Positions 55,559 through 63,056 of a stretch of DNA of 64,000 bases are shown here, in pieces; position 1 is the stretch's first letter, and every line of letters begins with the position of its first letter. The notes beneath the pieces are model-generated. The model was given only the letters and a program-made list of their open reading frames with translations. It was not told where the DNA came from and ran no database searches. Made by a program: the position numbers and the translations under genes. The DNA comes from a virus (Duplodnaviria > Heunggongvirae > Uroviricota > Caudoviricetes). The stretch lies in IMG/VR virus record IMGVR_UViG_3300025898_000004, positions 30,452 through 94,451 of that record, one strand, 5' to 3'.

Positions 55559-56128
55559 TCACACCTCTTCGTACGTCTTCGCCATCACTGCGGCATTGAC
55601 GGGGTAGCTTTCACCCACGGGTCCGATCATGATGTGGTCGCCCACGTAGAACGGAATCCATGCCTTGTGGAGACGATCGTACACGGCAATACCGCCGTAA
55701 AACGGCGCTGCCGACTCCGGCTTTGGCGCGTCACCGAATTGGTTGCCGTTGCCGGTCTCGTCTAGGGCCAACAGGCCCCATACGTTGCCCTGACACCGGG
55801 TCTTGATGAAATTGGTCATATCGAACAGGTTGCGGCCGGTCCACTGGAGTGCTTCCGGCTCGAACTTCTTACGGTACGTCCGGGGCTCCGGGTTCGCCCG
55901 CGCTTCCGGACTCACCCACGGGTGCCGCTTGTCGTGCGGGTCCTTGGCGGACAGGATGTGCGAGAACCGGTCGTAATACTCGGAATCCTGTTCGGTGTCC
56001 CAGTCTCCATCCCAGAGAACACGGGCCACACTGTAGGCGACCACATCCATATCCATCGGATTGTGGATGTGGTCAATGGTTGCGCGAATGACTTCGTCGA
56101 AGATGTCGACCGCGCTGCCCCATCCCAT
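55559..56128 (-). CDS. hypothetical protein (189 aa)
   Basis: ORF track; RBS 'aaccaaggaggtactga'. Confidence 0.5.
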   Translation of the reverse strand: MGWGSAVDIFDEVIRATIDHIHNPMDMDVVAYSVARVLWDGDWDTEQDSEYYDRFSHILSAKDPHDKRHPWVSPEARANPEPRTYRKKFEPEALQWTGRNLFDMTNFIKTRCQGNVWGLLALDETGNGNQFGDAPKPESAAPFYGGIAVYDRLHKAWIPFYVGDHIMIGPVGESYPVNAAVMAKTYEEV

Positions 56129-56155
56129 TCAGTACCTCCTTGGTTCGGTAGGGTA

Positions 56156-56184
56156 ATCCTACCCTACCGAACCCGGGATGTCAA
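56156..56184 (-). promoter_or_regulatory. conserved promoter class (TTGACA-TCCCGGGTTCGGTAGGG-TAGGAT) overlapped by the 10-bp inverted repeat ttcggtaggg/ccctaccgaa (56144..56171)
   Basis: Seen directly. Confidence 0.5.
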
Positions 56185-58085
56185 CTAATTGGATACTTGT
56201 TCCACGGAATATCCAACAAGTGCACGTCCAACACCGACTCATACCGCCGGACACGCGCCAACAAGTCCCAGAACCGGCAGTCCGACACCAGCACCTCACC
56301 CCGATCGTCCTGGGTACGGATCAGACGACCGATGGACTGCACCACCCGCGTGTGCCGCTGCTCCTCCACGAAGCCCCGGTACCGCCGGTTCATCTGCTCC
56401 ATGACGTGATCGGTCATGCCGTAGAACGACCACAGCACGAGCCGGGTCAGCAACTCACCCGGCAAGTCCAGACCAGTTGCGAAACTGGCCGTACCAATTA
56501 GCGTCGCCGGCCGCCCAGCCTCAACGGCCGCACGATACTTATCCGCTTCCTCATTGGCCTTAAGGGATCCCCCTTCCCGGGGTTGTGTAAAAACGTGAGG
56601 ATGGGTCTTCCAAGAAAGGATATTGGCAATCATCTTCACATCCGCGTGCGACGTGCACAGGATCAGCGACGGCCGCCCGGCCGTGAACGCCGCCACCTCC
56701 GCCAGCCGCGCCCGCACGGTGTCAGAGTCGTCCGCGTTGGATTTCACCCCGGAGTGCTGGGAAATCCAGCCCCGAACCTGACGGGCGTACTGGAACGGGT
56801 GGCCCACGTCAGCGACTTTCACCGTCTTGTCGTACACGCCGCACCGCCGGGGAAGCGTGTCCCCAGCCGTGCCGGTCACCAGCGCGCCGGAACCGATCAT
56901 CCGCGCGATGAACCCCTCATGCGCGGTGATGGGAATCAGCCGGATCTCTCCGGAATTCTCCTCCCCGTGCACGGCGGTCCACTTCTGCACCTGGCTTGAC
57001 CCCTCGGCCAGTTCCGCGATGGTCGCCAACGTATTGAGCGTGTCGACGCCCCGCGCTTCGGGGCCACTCGCGATCAGCTTTTCGCTGATCTCGGTCAATA
57101 CCTGCCGGTACTTCCGGAAATAGGCGACCTCCTGAGACGCGCGCGCCGTGTTGATCGGGCGTTCGCTATCCCACTTGCCCCACGGCTTCCGAACCTCCGT
57201 CGCGAACTCCAGGATCTTCGTCGTCGCTTTCATCAGCTTCTCCCCGCGTTCCGGGGTGATGACCGTGGCGACATCGGAATCGGGGTCCGGCAAGAAAATC
57301 TGACTGCCGGTCCCTTCGGTGAGGGTTCGGGTCTGAAGGTCCCGAATGGTGTCGGGAAGGTGATGCGCCTCATCGATCAAAAGGTCAGCCCAGGCGGGCA
57401 ACAGTTCGGTGATTTGCTTTTCCAACAGGTAGTGATGGAAGTAGAGGAAATGAAAGTTCGTCAAGACGATGTGGACCTGGTGAGCGCGTTCGCGGGCACG
57501 CTTCGAGGCGCACCCGCCGTAGGGGTCGTCACTGCGATACGCGCCGGCACAGTCACAGTAGTCGTCACAGCCTTCGGGGCAGATCCACGGCCGCATCCCG
57601 CCGATGCACGCGCCCGTGCCGGGGCACCGGTATGACTCGTCCAGCCCCTCGGCCCTCAGTTCGCCCTGGGTGGCCCAGTTCGCGGAGTTGCTGTGTTGGG
57701 CCAGCCACGCCTCACGCTGCGCCGGGTCGCGCTGATCGAACCCGGCGAACTGGGCGGCTTTCGAGTCGGCACAAGCATAGTTGTTACTGCCCAGGACACG
57801 GACGAACGTGATACCGGTGGCTTCCGCGATGCGCGGGAGGTCCTTGTTCACGTACTGGTCCAACAGGCTGTTGGTGACCGATGCGATGACGGCCGGGCGG
57901 CCGGGAGTGCCGACGTCGGCCGCGCGGGAGCCCAGCGCGAACGACTTGCCGACGCCGGTTCCGGCCTGGACGAAGATGGGGTTCGCGCGGTCGGCGCACA
58001 GGGCGGAGATCAGGGCGTCCTGTTGGGGTCGCCGGCTGAAACCGGTGTAGGCCAACAGCTTTTCGAACGATGGTGAGGTGTACAC
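56181..58085 (-). CDS. DinG/Rad3-family Fe-S DNA helicase (Walker A 'AGTGVGKS', DEAH box 'LIDEAHHLPD', Cys cluster 'CPGTGACIGG...CPEGC')
   Basis: Motifs read directly; GTG start with RBS 'aaaggagg'. Confidence 0.8.
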   Translation of the reverse strand: MYTSPSFEKLLAYTGFSRRPQQDALISALCADRANPIFVQAGTGVGKSFALGSRAADVGTPGRPAVIASVTNSLLDQYVNKDLPRIAEATGITFVRVLGSNNYACADSKAAQFAGFDQRDPAQREAWLAQHSNSANWATQGELRAEGLDESYRCPGTGACIGGMRPWICPEGCDDYCDCAGAYRSDDPYGGCASKRARERAHQVHIVLTNFHFLYFHHYLLEKQITELLPAWADLLIDEAHHLPDTIRDLQTRTLTEGTGSQIFLPDPDSDVATVITPERGEKLMKATTKILEFATEVRKPWGKWDSERPINTARASQEVAYFRKYRQVLTEISEKLIASGPEARGVDTLNTLATIAELAEGSSQVQKWTAVHGEENSGEIRLIPITAHEGFIARMIGSGALVTGTAGDTLPRRCGVYDKTVKVADVGHPFQYARQVRGWISQHSGVKSNADDSDTVRARLAEVAAFTAGRPSLILCTSHADVKMIANILSWKTHPHVFTQPREGGSLKANEEADKYRAAVEAGRPATLIGTASFATGLDLPGELLTRLVLWSFYGMTDHVMEQMNRRYRGFVEEQRHTRVVQSIGRLIRTQDDRGEVLVSDCRFWDLLARVRRYESVLDVHLLDIPWNKYPIS

Positions 58086-58112
58086 CTCCGGGCCTCCTTT
58101 GGTCTGGCATTG

Positions 58113-58141
58113 ACCCTACCCGACCAGTGTCGGGGTGTCAA
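58113..58141 (-). promoter_or_regulatory. conserved promoter class (TTGACA-CCCCGACACTGGTCGGG-TAGGGT)
   Basis: Seen directly; spacer holds the inverted repeat cccgac/gtcggg. Confidence 0.55.
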
Positions 58142-58196
58142 CTCTTTGGGCGGTGATACAAGAAAGGGGGCAGTGAACTGCCCCCTTTCTTGCGAG

Positions 58197-58724
58197 CTAA
58201 CACTTCCATGAATGATCGTTTACTACCCTTGAAACAGTTGTACGATCAACTCCGTATAGTACGGCGATGTCTTTAACTTTCATTCCCGACTGACGCTTGG
58301 ATTTTATATCCTGAACTATTTCGTTTGAAAGTTTAGATCGTCCGTTTCCTTCTCCGCGAAGCTTAGAGGAATCTTGCCGCATGAAATGTTGATCCCCATA
58401 AGCGTGGCGATTACGCTCAATAGAATCTCTCTTGTTATCTTTGGAACTACCCCACTCCAGATGGTCAGGATTCATACAAGGAGGGGTGTCACGCTTGTGT
58501 CGCGCGTTAGATCCTAGCCTGCCTGTAACGGCCTTCAGTACAGCCCGATTGCCGCGCCAGTTTTTGCCGTCAATGAACAGCTTCGGATACCCGTCCTTAT
58601 CTTTACCTTTTTGCCAAATCCAACAGCCTGTAGACGGATCAATGGAGCACTCTTGTCGAACATCATCGACAAGAGTGCTCCATTGCCACCTAGGCGGTCG
58701 CGGTCTCCCACGGCCAAACGCCAC
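58197..58724 (-). CDS. HNH homing endonuclease (motifs 'DGYPKL', 'CMNPDHLEWG') with C-terminal HTH; lies in a low-GC islet
   Basis: Motifs read directly; local GC clearly lower (58200-58450). Confidence 0.75.
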   Translation of the reverse strand: MAFGRGRPRPPRWQWSTLVDDVRQECSIDPSTGCWIWQKGKDKDGYPKLFIDGKNWRGNRAVLKAVTGRLGSNARHKRDTPPCMNPDHLEWGSSKDNKRDSIERNRHAYGDQHFMRQDSSKLRGEGNGRSKLSNEIVQDIKSKRQSGMKVKDIAVLYGVDRTTVSRVVNDHSWKC

Positions 58725-60456
58725 GCTGCCCCATTTCGATCAACGGAACCAACTTGAAAGTAGAATCTCCCAATCCGCCCAGCTCGTGACGGTTCGTGCC
58801 GGCCGTCATCGCACCCGCGTACCCAGCCAGGTTGAACGAGTACACCGGCACCTCCGCCGGAACGTAGCGGTTCACCGCGTCCGTCCCGCCGTTCCAGCCG
58901 TTCCCCATCAGTTGCATGTCGGAGAACACGAACACCCGCGTGTGCTCCCCGCGCCGGAACGTCTTGGCCAGAGCCTGCGCCAAATCCGTCCCGTGCCCCA
59001 CCGAACCGGCCCGGTTCGTGAACCGCGCAACCTGTTCGATCAGCGCCGCACCGGTCTTGATCTCGTGCGTGAATGTGCCCGTAGCCCACCCGGCCAGGTC
59101 CACGCGACCCCGGTTCCGGAACGCCAACGCCACACCGAACAGAGCCGCCGCGTCCACACACGACACCTGGGACTTCCCAGACATCGGCGCGGACATCGAC
59201 GCCGACGTGTCGACCAGGATCAGCGTGCGCCCGTCCAGCTCCGGAATGTTCTGCGTCGACAGGGTCAGCGCCGTGTTCAGCGCCGAACCCCACCGCAACG
59301 ACCCGGCCGCCATGCGGTACGCGGACAGGAACCGGAACGGGAACTGCTTGCACCGGGCAACCTGGTCCGGGTCCGCCAGCTTTGCCGCGATCACGGCCGC
59401 AACCTTGTCTGACACGCCGGCCTTGTCGAAGTTCGCCAAGTTCCGCAGAAGCGCCATGTAGCCCATGGACGGGATCACGGCCTCCCACGCCTGCGCCGTC
59501 ATGCCCTGGCCGTCCGACAGCCACCCGGACAGCCACTCCCACGTCGCGCCGGCCGCGTCCAAGCGGGGCGTGAGCACGCCAGCCGACAAGGCGTTACGCA
59601 GCCAGGTGCGCCGCTCTGGCACCGGAACAGCCTCCAGCGACGCGCGGTAGCGCACCATCGGGAGGGGAGCGCCCTGTCCGTCGTTCGGCACCGCGTCCGC
59701 CCGGCCGTGCCGGCGGTCCAACAGCCACCGGTAGAGCGCGTTACGGTTGCCCGTGTTCGCGTCGTCCGGGTGGACGATGTCAACGACGTCCCCGAACCGG
59801 ACGCCGTACGCGTTGGTGTCGTACTTCAGGGCGGAGAACTCCGTGTACAGGCGCGGTAGGGTGTCCCCGATGGCGCGCTTCATGCACATGGGGAGCGCCC
59901 GGCCGAACCGCGACCGCCAGTAGGCGATCATCTCGCCCGGTTCGTCGGCGCGCAGCAGCGCCGCCCGCAACAGGTCCCGGTTGCCGCCCTCGATGCCGGC
60001 CTTCAGGCGCGCGTGCACGGCCTCGCAGGCGATGACGATCGGCGCGGTACGCATGTTGCCCTTGCGCCGCAACCAGTCCACGAACGGCAACAGCCACTCC
60101 AAACCGGTGTCCGGATTCGCGGCGTGCTCGCGGCTGGCCACGGTGTGCGCCGCCGTCGCCATGAACGCCGTCGCCACGGCCTTGGACAGGGTCCGGCTTG
60201 CGCTGTCGGTCGCGATGGCGGCCGCCAGGTCCCGCACACGCTGTACGGTCGCGTCGCCAGTCTCGTAGAACTTGTTCTCCGCGATGAACCCGGCCGTGGC
60301 TGTCAGGAACAGCTGGCCCTGGTCCGTGCGGGCAAACGACGGCGCACCCTCGAACGTGCGCGCTGACGCGCGCCGGTCCACGACAATCGGCGACAATCCG
60401 CCTGCGCCGACACCGACACGACCGAACGTGTCCGGCAACTTGTTGAACTTGGACAT
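58690..60456 (-). CDS. rsr: Ro60 orthologue (Rsr): TROVE domain plus vWA domain with MIDAS motif 'DTSASM'
   Basis: Domain pattern read from ORF 58690..60594; ATG 60456 (MSKFNKLPDTFG) has RBS 'aaccaaggagtgtggagt'. Confidence 0.75.
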   Translation of the reverse strand: MSKFNKLPDTFGRVGVGAGGLSPIVVDRRASARTFEGAPSFARTDQGQLFLTATAGFIAENKFYETGDATVQRVRDLAAAIATDSASRTLSKAVATAFMATAAHTVASREHAANPDTGLEWLLPFVDWLRRKGNMRTAPIVIACEAVHARLKAGIEGGNRDLLRAALLRADEPGEMIAYWRSRFGRALPMCMKRAIGDTLPRLYTEFSALKYDTNAYGVRFGDVVDIVHPDDANTGNRNALYRWLLDRRHGRADAVPNDGQGAPLPMVRYRASLEAVPVPERRTWLRNALSAGVLTPRLDAAGATWEWLSGWLSDGQGMTAQAWEAVIPSMGYMALLRNLANFDKAGVSDKVAAVIAAKLADPDQVARCKQFPFRFLSAYRMAAGSLRWGSALNTALTLSTQNIPELDGRTLILVDTSASMSAPMSGKSQVSCVDAAALFGVALAFRNRGRVDLAGWATGTFTHEIKTGAALIEQVARFTNRAGSVGHGTDLAQALAKTFRRGEHTRVFVFSDMQLMGNGWNGGTDAVNRYVPAEVPVYSFNLAGYAGAMTAGTNRHELGGLGDSTFKLVPLIEMGQRGVWPWETATA

Positions 60457-60480
60457 ACTCCACACTCCTTGGTTTGAGCA

Positions 60481-60525
60481 ACAAAAAAGGAGATGCCCAC
60501 ATGCCGGCTGATACTCGGCATGTGA
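60481..60525 (-). terminator. hairpin cacatgccg/cggcatgtg followed on the minus strand by CTCCTTTTTTGTTG, immediately upstream of the rsr RBS
   Basis: Seen directly. Confidence 0.55.
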
Positions 60526-60700
60526 ACACCTCCCGTGTGTGAACGTTTCCCCCGCAGGGGACCGACGCGCCGGGTGCGGACATCTTCCGGACAACGTAGC
60601 TCACTCGGTTACGCGCGCCGCGCCCAGGAATCGAACCTGATCTAGTGGGTTTGGAATCCACTGTCCGCACACAGCGGCCGCGACTTAAGTTGGCTCCCAC
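60481..60700 (-). ncRNA. candidate Y RNA (YrlA-like): tRNA-like domain (60616..60684; canonical T-arm tcagg-TTCGATT-cctgg, Trp-like anticodon loop TTCCAAA, imperfect acceptor and D arm) followed by about 90 nt and a terminator
   Basis: Element does not fold as a canonical tRNA; adjacent to Ro60 gene; bacterial Y RNAs with tRNA-like modules beside rsr are established (recalled). Confidence 0.45.
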
Positions 60701-60830
60701 TTCGTTGGTGTCCTTACGCACGAACCGGCAGGAAGCCTACATCCATCCGCGTGCGTAAAGTGACGGCTTCGGGGACTTGATCCCGTCACGTGCTACTAGA
60801 GGCGATGCCCCGGAGTCCCAGCACCTTCCG

Positions 60831-60901
60831 AAGCGGACACGGGATTCGAACCCGTATGGACAGCTTTGCAGGCTGCTACCTAGCCATTCGGTCAGTCCGC
60901 C
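60831..60901 (-). tRNA. tRNA-Cys (GCA)
   Basis: Manual cloverleaf fold: acceptor ggcggac/gtccgct, anticodon arm gcagc-ctGCAaa-gctgt, T-arm acggg-TTCGAAT-cccgt; 71 nt, no CCA. Confidence 0.75.
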
Positions 60902-61019
60902 ATGACGGCCGTGCCCTATGCTGCGGGACACGGACGCCAACTCCCTCACCGTGGATGGTGAGAATGGAGAGCACAACTTTTCAGGAACCTGCACCGGTGT
61001 CCGTAGGTGCTGTGCTCAG

Positions 61020-61094
61020 TAGTCCTACCCGGATTCGAACCGGGAACCTCCACCACCTCAAGGTGACGCCTCTGCCATGTTGGGCTATAGGACC
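61020..61094 (-). tRNA. tRNA-Leu (GAG), atypical class-I-like form with 5-nt variable loop, A73
   Basis: Manual fold: ggtccta|ta|gccc-aacatggcag-aggc|g|tcacc-ttGAGgt-ggtgg|aggtt|cccgg-TTCGAAT-ccggg|taggact|a. Confidence 0.65.
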
Positions 61095-61104
61095 AGGGGA
61101 CCGC

Positions 61105-61344
61105 TCACGCGGCCGTGTCGACTGTGGCGCGGGTACGCCACCGCCGGTAGTTCAGTACTCCCACCGCGACCATACCGAGGTTCATCACAAATCCCCAGTA
61201 TCCGGTTGCGATGCCGAACGCCACCATGCCCAGTTGCACGGCGACCAGCACAACCCACCCGCTGATCTTCCCGCGCCCCACGAGCCACGCGGACAAGATG
61301 TTGAACGGGCCGAACAAGAACGTGGACGCTAACGCTACGTTCAT
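61105..61344 (-). CDS. small hydrophobic protein (79 aa, 2 TM) embedded in the tRNA array
   Basis: ORF track; strong RBS 'caccaaggagatggt' before ATG. Confidence 0.5.
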   Translation of the reverse strand: MNVALASTFLFGPFNILSAWLVGRGKISGWVVLVAVQLGMVAFGIATGYWGFVMNLGMVAVGVLNYRRWRTRATVDTAA

Positions 61345-61364
61345 ACCATCTCCTTGGTGAGGAG

Positions 61365-61440
61365 TAGTCCTACTGGGATTCGAACCCAGAACCTCCCGGA
61401 CCTGAACCGGACGCCTCTGCCAAAGTTGGGCTATAGGACC
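61365..61440 (-). tRNA. tRNA-Leu (CAG), atypical class-I-like form with 5-nt variable loop, A73
   Basis: Manual fold: same architecture as 61020..61094; anticodon arm tccgg-ttCAGgt-ccggg. Confidence 0.65.
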
Positions 61441-61540
61441 GTGACGTGAGCGCTACCACAACGCTCACGTTTCATACACAACACCGTTCCGTGCTGTCAT
61501 CGCGAACCGTCAGAGGCACCCTGATTAACCCCGACAGTCG

Positions 61541-61611
61541 TACCGCACGAGGGATTCGAACCCCCACGGGAGTGGTTTACAGCCACGCCGGCACAACCAA
61601 CGCTGTACGGT
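61541..61611 (-). tRNA. tRNA-Tyr (GTA) candidate with short D loop and 5-nt variable loop
   Basis: T-arm ggggg-TTCGAAT-ccctc, acceptor accgtac/gtgcggt, anticodon arm cgtgg-ctGTAaa-ccact; D arm fold poor. Confidence 0.5.
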
Positions 61612-61746
61612 ATGAAAGCGGCCTCATCCCTAGCCGCCACGGTGGACCCACAACAGCAGATTCACGAATGAACCCACTTTCCTCGCTTCCCACTTCCGGT
61701 CTGCCGCAACACCTCGGAAAGGCTCGGCCTTTTACAACGACAAACG

Positions 61747-61820
61747 TAGCCCCTACGGGATTCGAACCCGCGATATCCTGGATGAAAGCCAGGCGGCTTA
61801 GGCCACTTGCCTAAGGGGCT
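61747..61820 (-). tRNA. tRNA-Glu (TTC)
   Basis: Manual fold: agcccct|ta|ggca-agtggccta-agcc|g|cctgg-ctTTCat-ccagg|atatc|gcggg-TTCGAAT-cccgt|aggggct|a. Confidence 0.75.
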
Positions 61821-61832
61821 TTAATTACTGCG

Positions 61833-61906
61833 TAGCCGCGCCGGGATTCGAACCCGGAACCTTCCCCTTTTGAGGGGGACGCCTCTGCCTATTGGGCTAA
61901 GCGGCC
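61833..61906 (-). tRNA. tRNA-Leu (CAA), atypical class-I-like form with 5-nt variable loop, A73
   Basis: Manual fold: ggccgct|ta|gccc-aataggcag-aggc|g|tcccc-ctCAAaa-gggga|aggtt|ccggg-TTCGAAT-cccgg|cgcggct|a (7:66 mismatch). Confidence 0.65.
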
Positions 61907-62046
61907 CAGATGGTGACTTTCTGTCGTAGGGGTTTCACAGCACTCGGACGGTTACGACAGTAAACCGCTACCCTTGCGTTGCCTGCGTCCCTTTGCGTCT
62001 AGCGTCCAGGCGATCAAGCTGGACGGTCACCCACTAGCCGATAACG

Positions 62047-62119
62047 TAGCGCATACGGGGCTCGAACCCGTGACCTCCCGGCTGAGAACCGGGTGTTCCG
62101 CCAATTGAACTAATGCGCC
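62047..62119 (-). tRNA. tRNA-Glu (CTC)
   Basis: Manual fold: ggcgcat|ta|gttc-aattggcg-gaac|a|cccgg-ttCTCag-ccggg|aggtc|acggg-TTCGAGC-cccgt|atgcgct|a. Confidence 0.7.
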
Positions 62120-62120
62120 A

Positions 62121-62197
62121 TGGCACCCTTAGAGAGATTCGAACTCCCGACAACCCGGATCCGTAATCCGGTGCTCTATCCACTGAGCTATAAGGGC
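62121..62197 (-). tRNA. tRNA-Arg (ACG) with encoded CCA
   Basis: Manual fold: gccctta|ta|gctc-agtggata-gagc|a|ccgga-ttACGga-tccgg|gttgtc|gggag-TTCGAAT-ctctc|taagggt|g|cca. Confidence 0.7.
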
Positions 62198-62198
62198 T

Positions 62199-62275
62199 TG
62201 GGTTGACCGACGGGACTCGAACCCGCATAAACCACACTCACAATGTGGGGCCTTGTCCATTAGGCTACAGTCAAC
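62199..62275 (-). tRNA. tRNA-His (GTG) with encoded G-1, C73 and CCA
   Basis: Manual fold: g|ttgactg|ta|gcct-aatggaca-aggc|c|ccaca-ttGTGag-tgtgg|tttat|gcggg-TTCGAGT-cccgt|cggtcaa|c|cca; 1-nt spacers to both neighbouring tRNAs. Confidence 0.75.
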
Positions 62276-62276
62276 G

Positions 62277-62350
62277 TCCCACCCCCGGGAATCGAACCCG
62301 GAACCTTCGGTTTCGGAAACCGATGCTCTGTCCTGTTGAGCTAAAGCGGG
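62277..62350 (-). tRNA. tRNA-Arg (CCG)
   Basis: Manual fold: cccgctt|ta|gctc-aacaggaca-gagc|a|tcggt-ttCCGaa-accga|aggtt|ccggg-TTCGATT-cccgg|gggtggg|a; three G-U pairs in acceptor. Confidence 0.6.
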
Positions 62351-62528
62351 TTACCGCTCATTGCGGTAATGTTCCTCGAACACAGGCTGCGATACCCGGG
62401 CAAGCTTCAAATACAACTCCCTGTGACCCGGATTCGCATTATCCCAATTCAAATCCACGTGATATCCGTGGATAATGCTAAACATTGCTCTCGCGGCTTC
62501 GATGATCAAAGGAGAATCTTCGGTCACG
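62351..62528. other. low-GC spacer inside the tRNA array carrying two perfect hairpins (ttaccgc/gcggtaa 62351-62369; atccacg/cgtggat 62451-62471); no tRNA fold
   Basis: Seen directly; minus-strand 44-codon ORF has low GC3 and no SD, so probably noncoding. Confidence 0.4.
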
Positions 62529-62600
62529 TCCCCCTCCGGGGAGTCGAACCCCGACCCTACCGTTTAGGAAACGGTCGCTCCTCCGTTGCGCTTGAGGGGG
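62529..62600 (-). tRNA. tRNA-Arg (CCT)
   Basis: Manual fold: ccccctc|aa|gcgc-aacggag-gagc|g|accgt-ttCCTaa-acggt|agggt|cgggg-TTCGACT-ccccg|gaggggg|a. Confidence 0.7.
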
Positions 62601-62682
62601 ATTAGGTGCCCCGTCCGGTGCGGCAAACACCGAAACGGGGCGATGTTCACGAATCCCTAGCCAGGGCTCTTTGATGTGAACG

Positions 62683-62767
62683 CGGAAGCTAAGGGATTCG
62701 AACCCTTGGGACACGAGGCCCACGTCATTAGCAGTGACGCCCAATCGGCCAGCTCTGGCAAGCTTCC
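62683..62767 (-). tRNA. tRNA-Ser (GCT), class II with 15-nt variable arm
   Basis: Manual fold: ggaagct|tg|cca-gagctggccgat-tgg|g|cgtca-ctGCTaa-tgacg|tgggcctcgtgtccc|aaggg-TTCGAAT-ccctt|agcttcc|g. Confidence 0.75.
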
Positions 62768-63056
62768 TCATCGCGTGTGGAGCCCGGGCGACCGGTTACT
62801 TTCCCGCCAGGCGCAGCGATAGCCACCGCCGCACCATTCCGCAAGTGTTGTATCCCCCTCTTTTGGGGACCCGGAACTCATTCACACGAAGCAAGATCGG
62901 GGCAGGCCCGTACGCGACCCGTTTCAGCTATCCCGTGGCCGTCTAGAACAGCCTTGGGAATCAACGCCTATCCGTGCTTATCATCCAGCCACATCGAAAC
63001 GGTCCCTTGGGTATCGCGGGACACTGGGCCTTGACGATTTATGACGGTCCCCAACG
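62768..63056 (-). other. 289-nt tRNA-free gap inside the tRNA array with internal repeats (gggaccgt x2) and stem-loops; candidate ncRNA or degenerate tRNA
   Basis: No TTCGA T-loop anywhere in the interval; no convincing ORF (ORF-track hits overlap tRNAs). Confidence 0.3.

Noticed and set aside
60616-60684. Canonical tRNA-Trp (CCA) gene
   Set aside because: Acceptor stem pairs only 6/7 with a G-G clash, D arm cannot be formed, and anticodon stem has an A-C closing mismatch. Treated as a tRNA-like domain of a candidate Y RNA instead.
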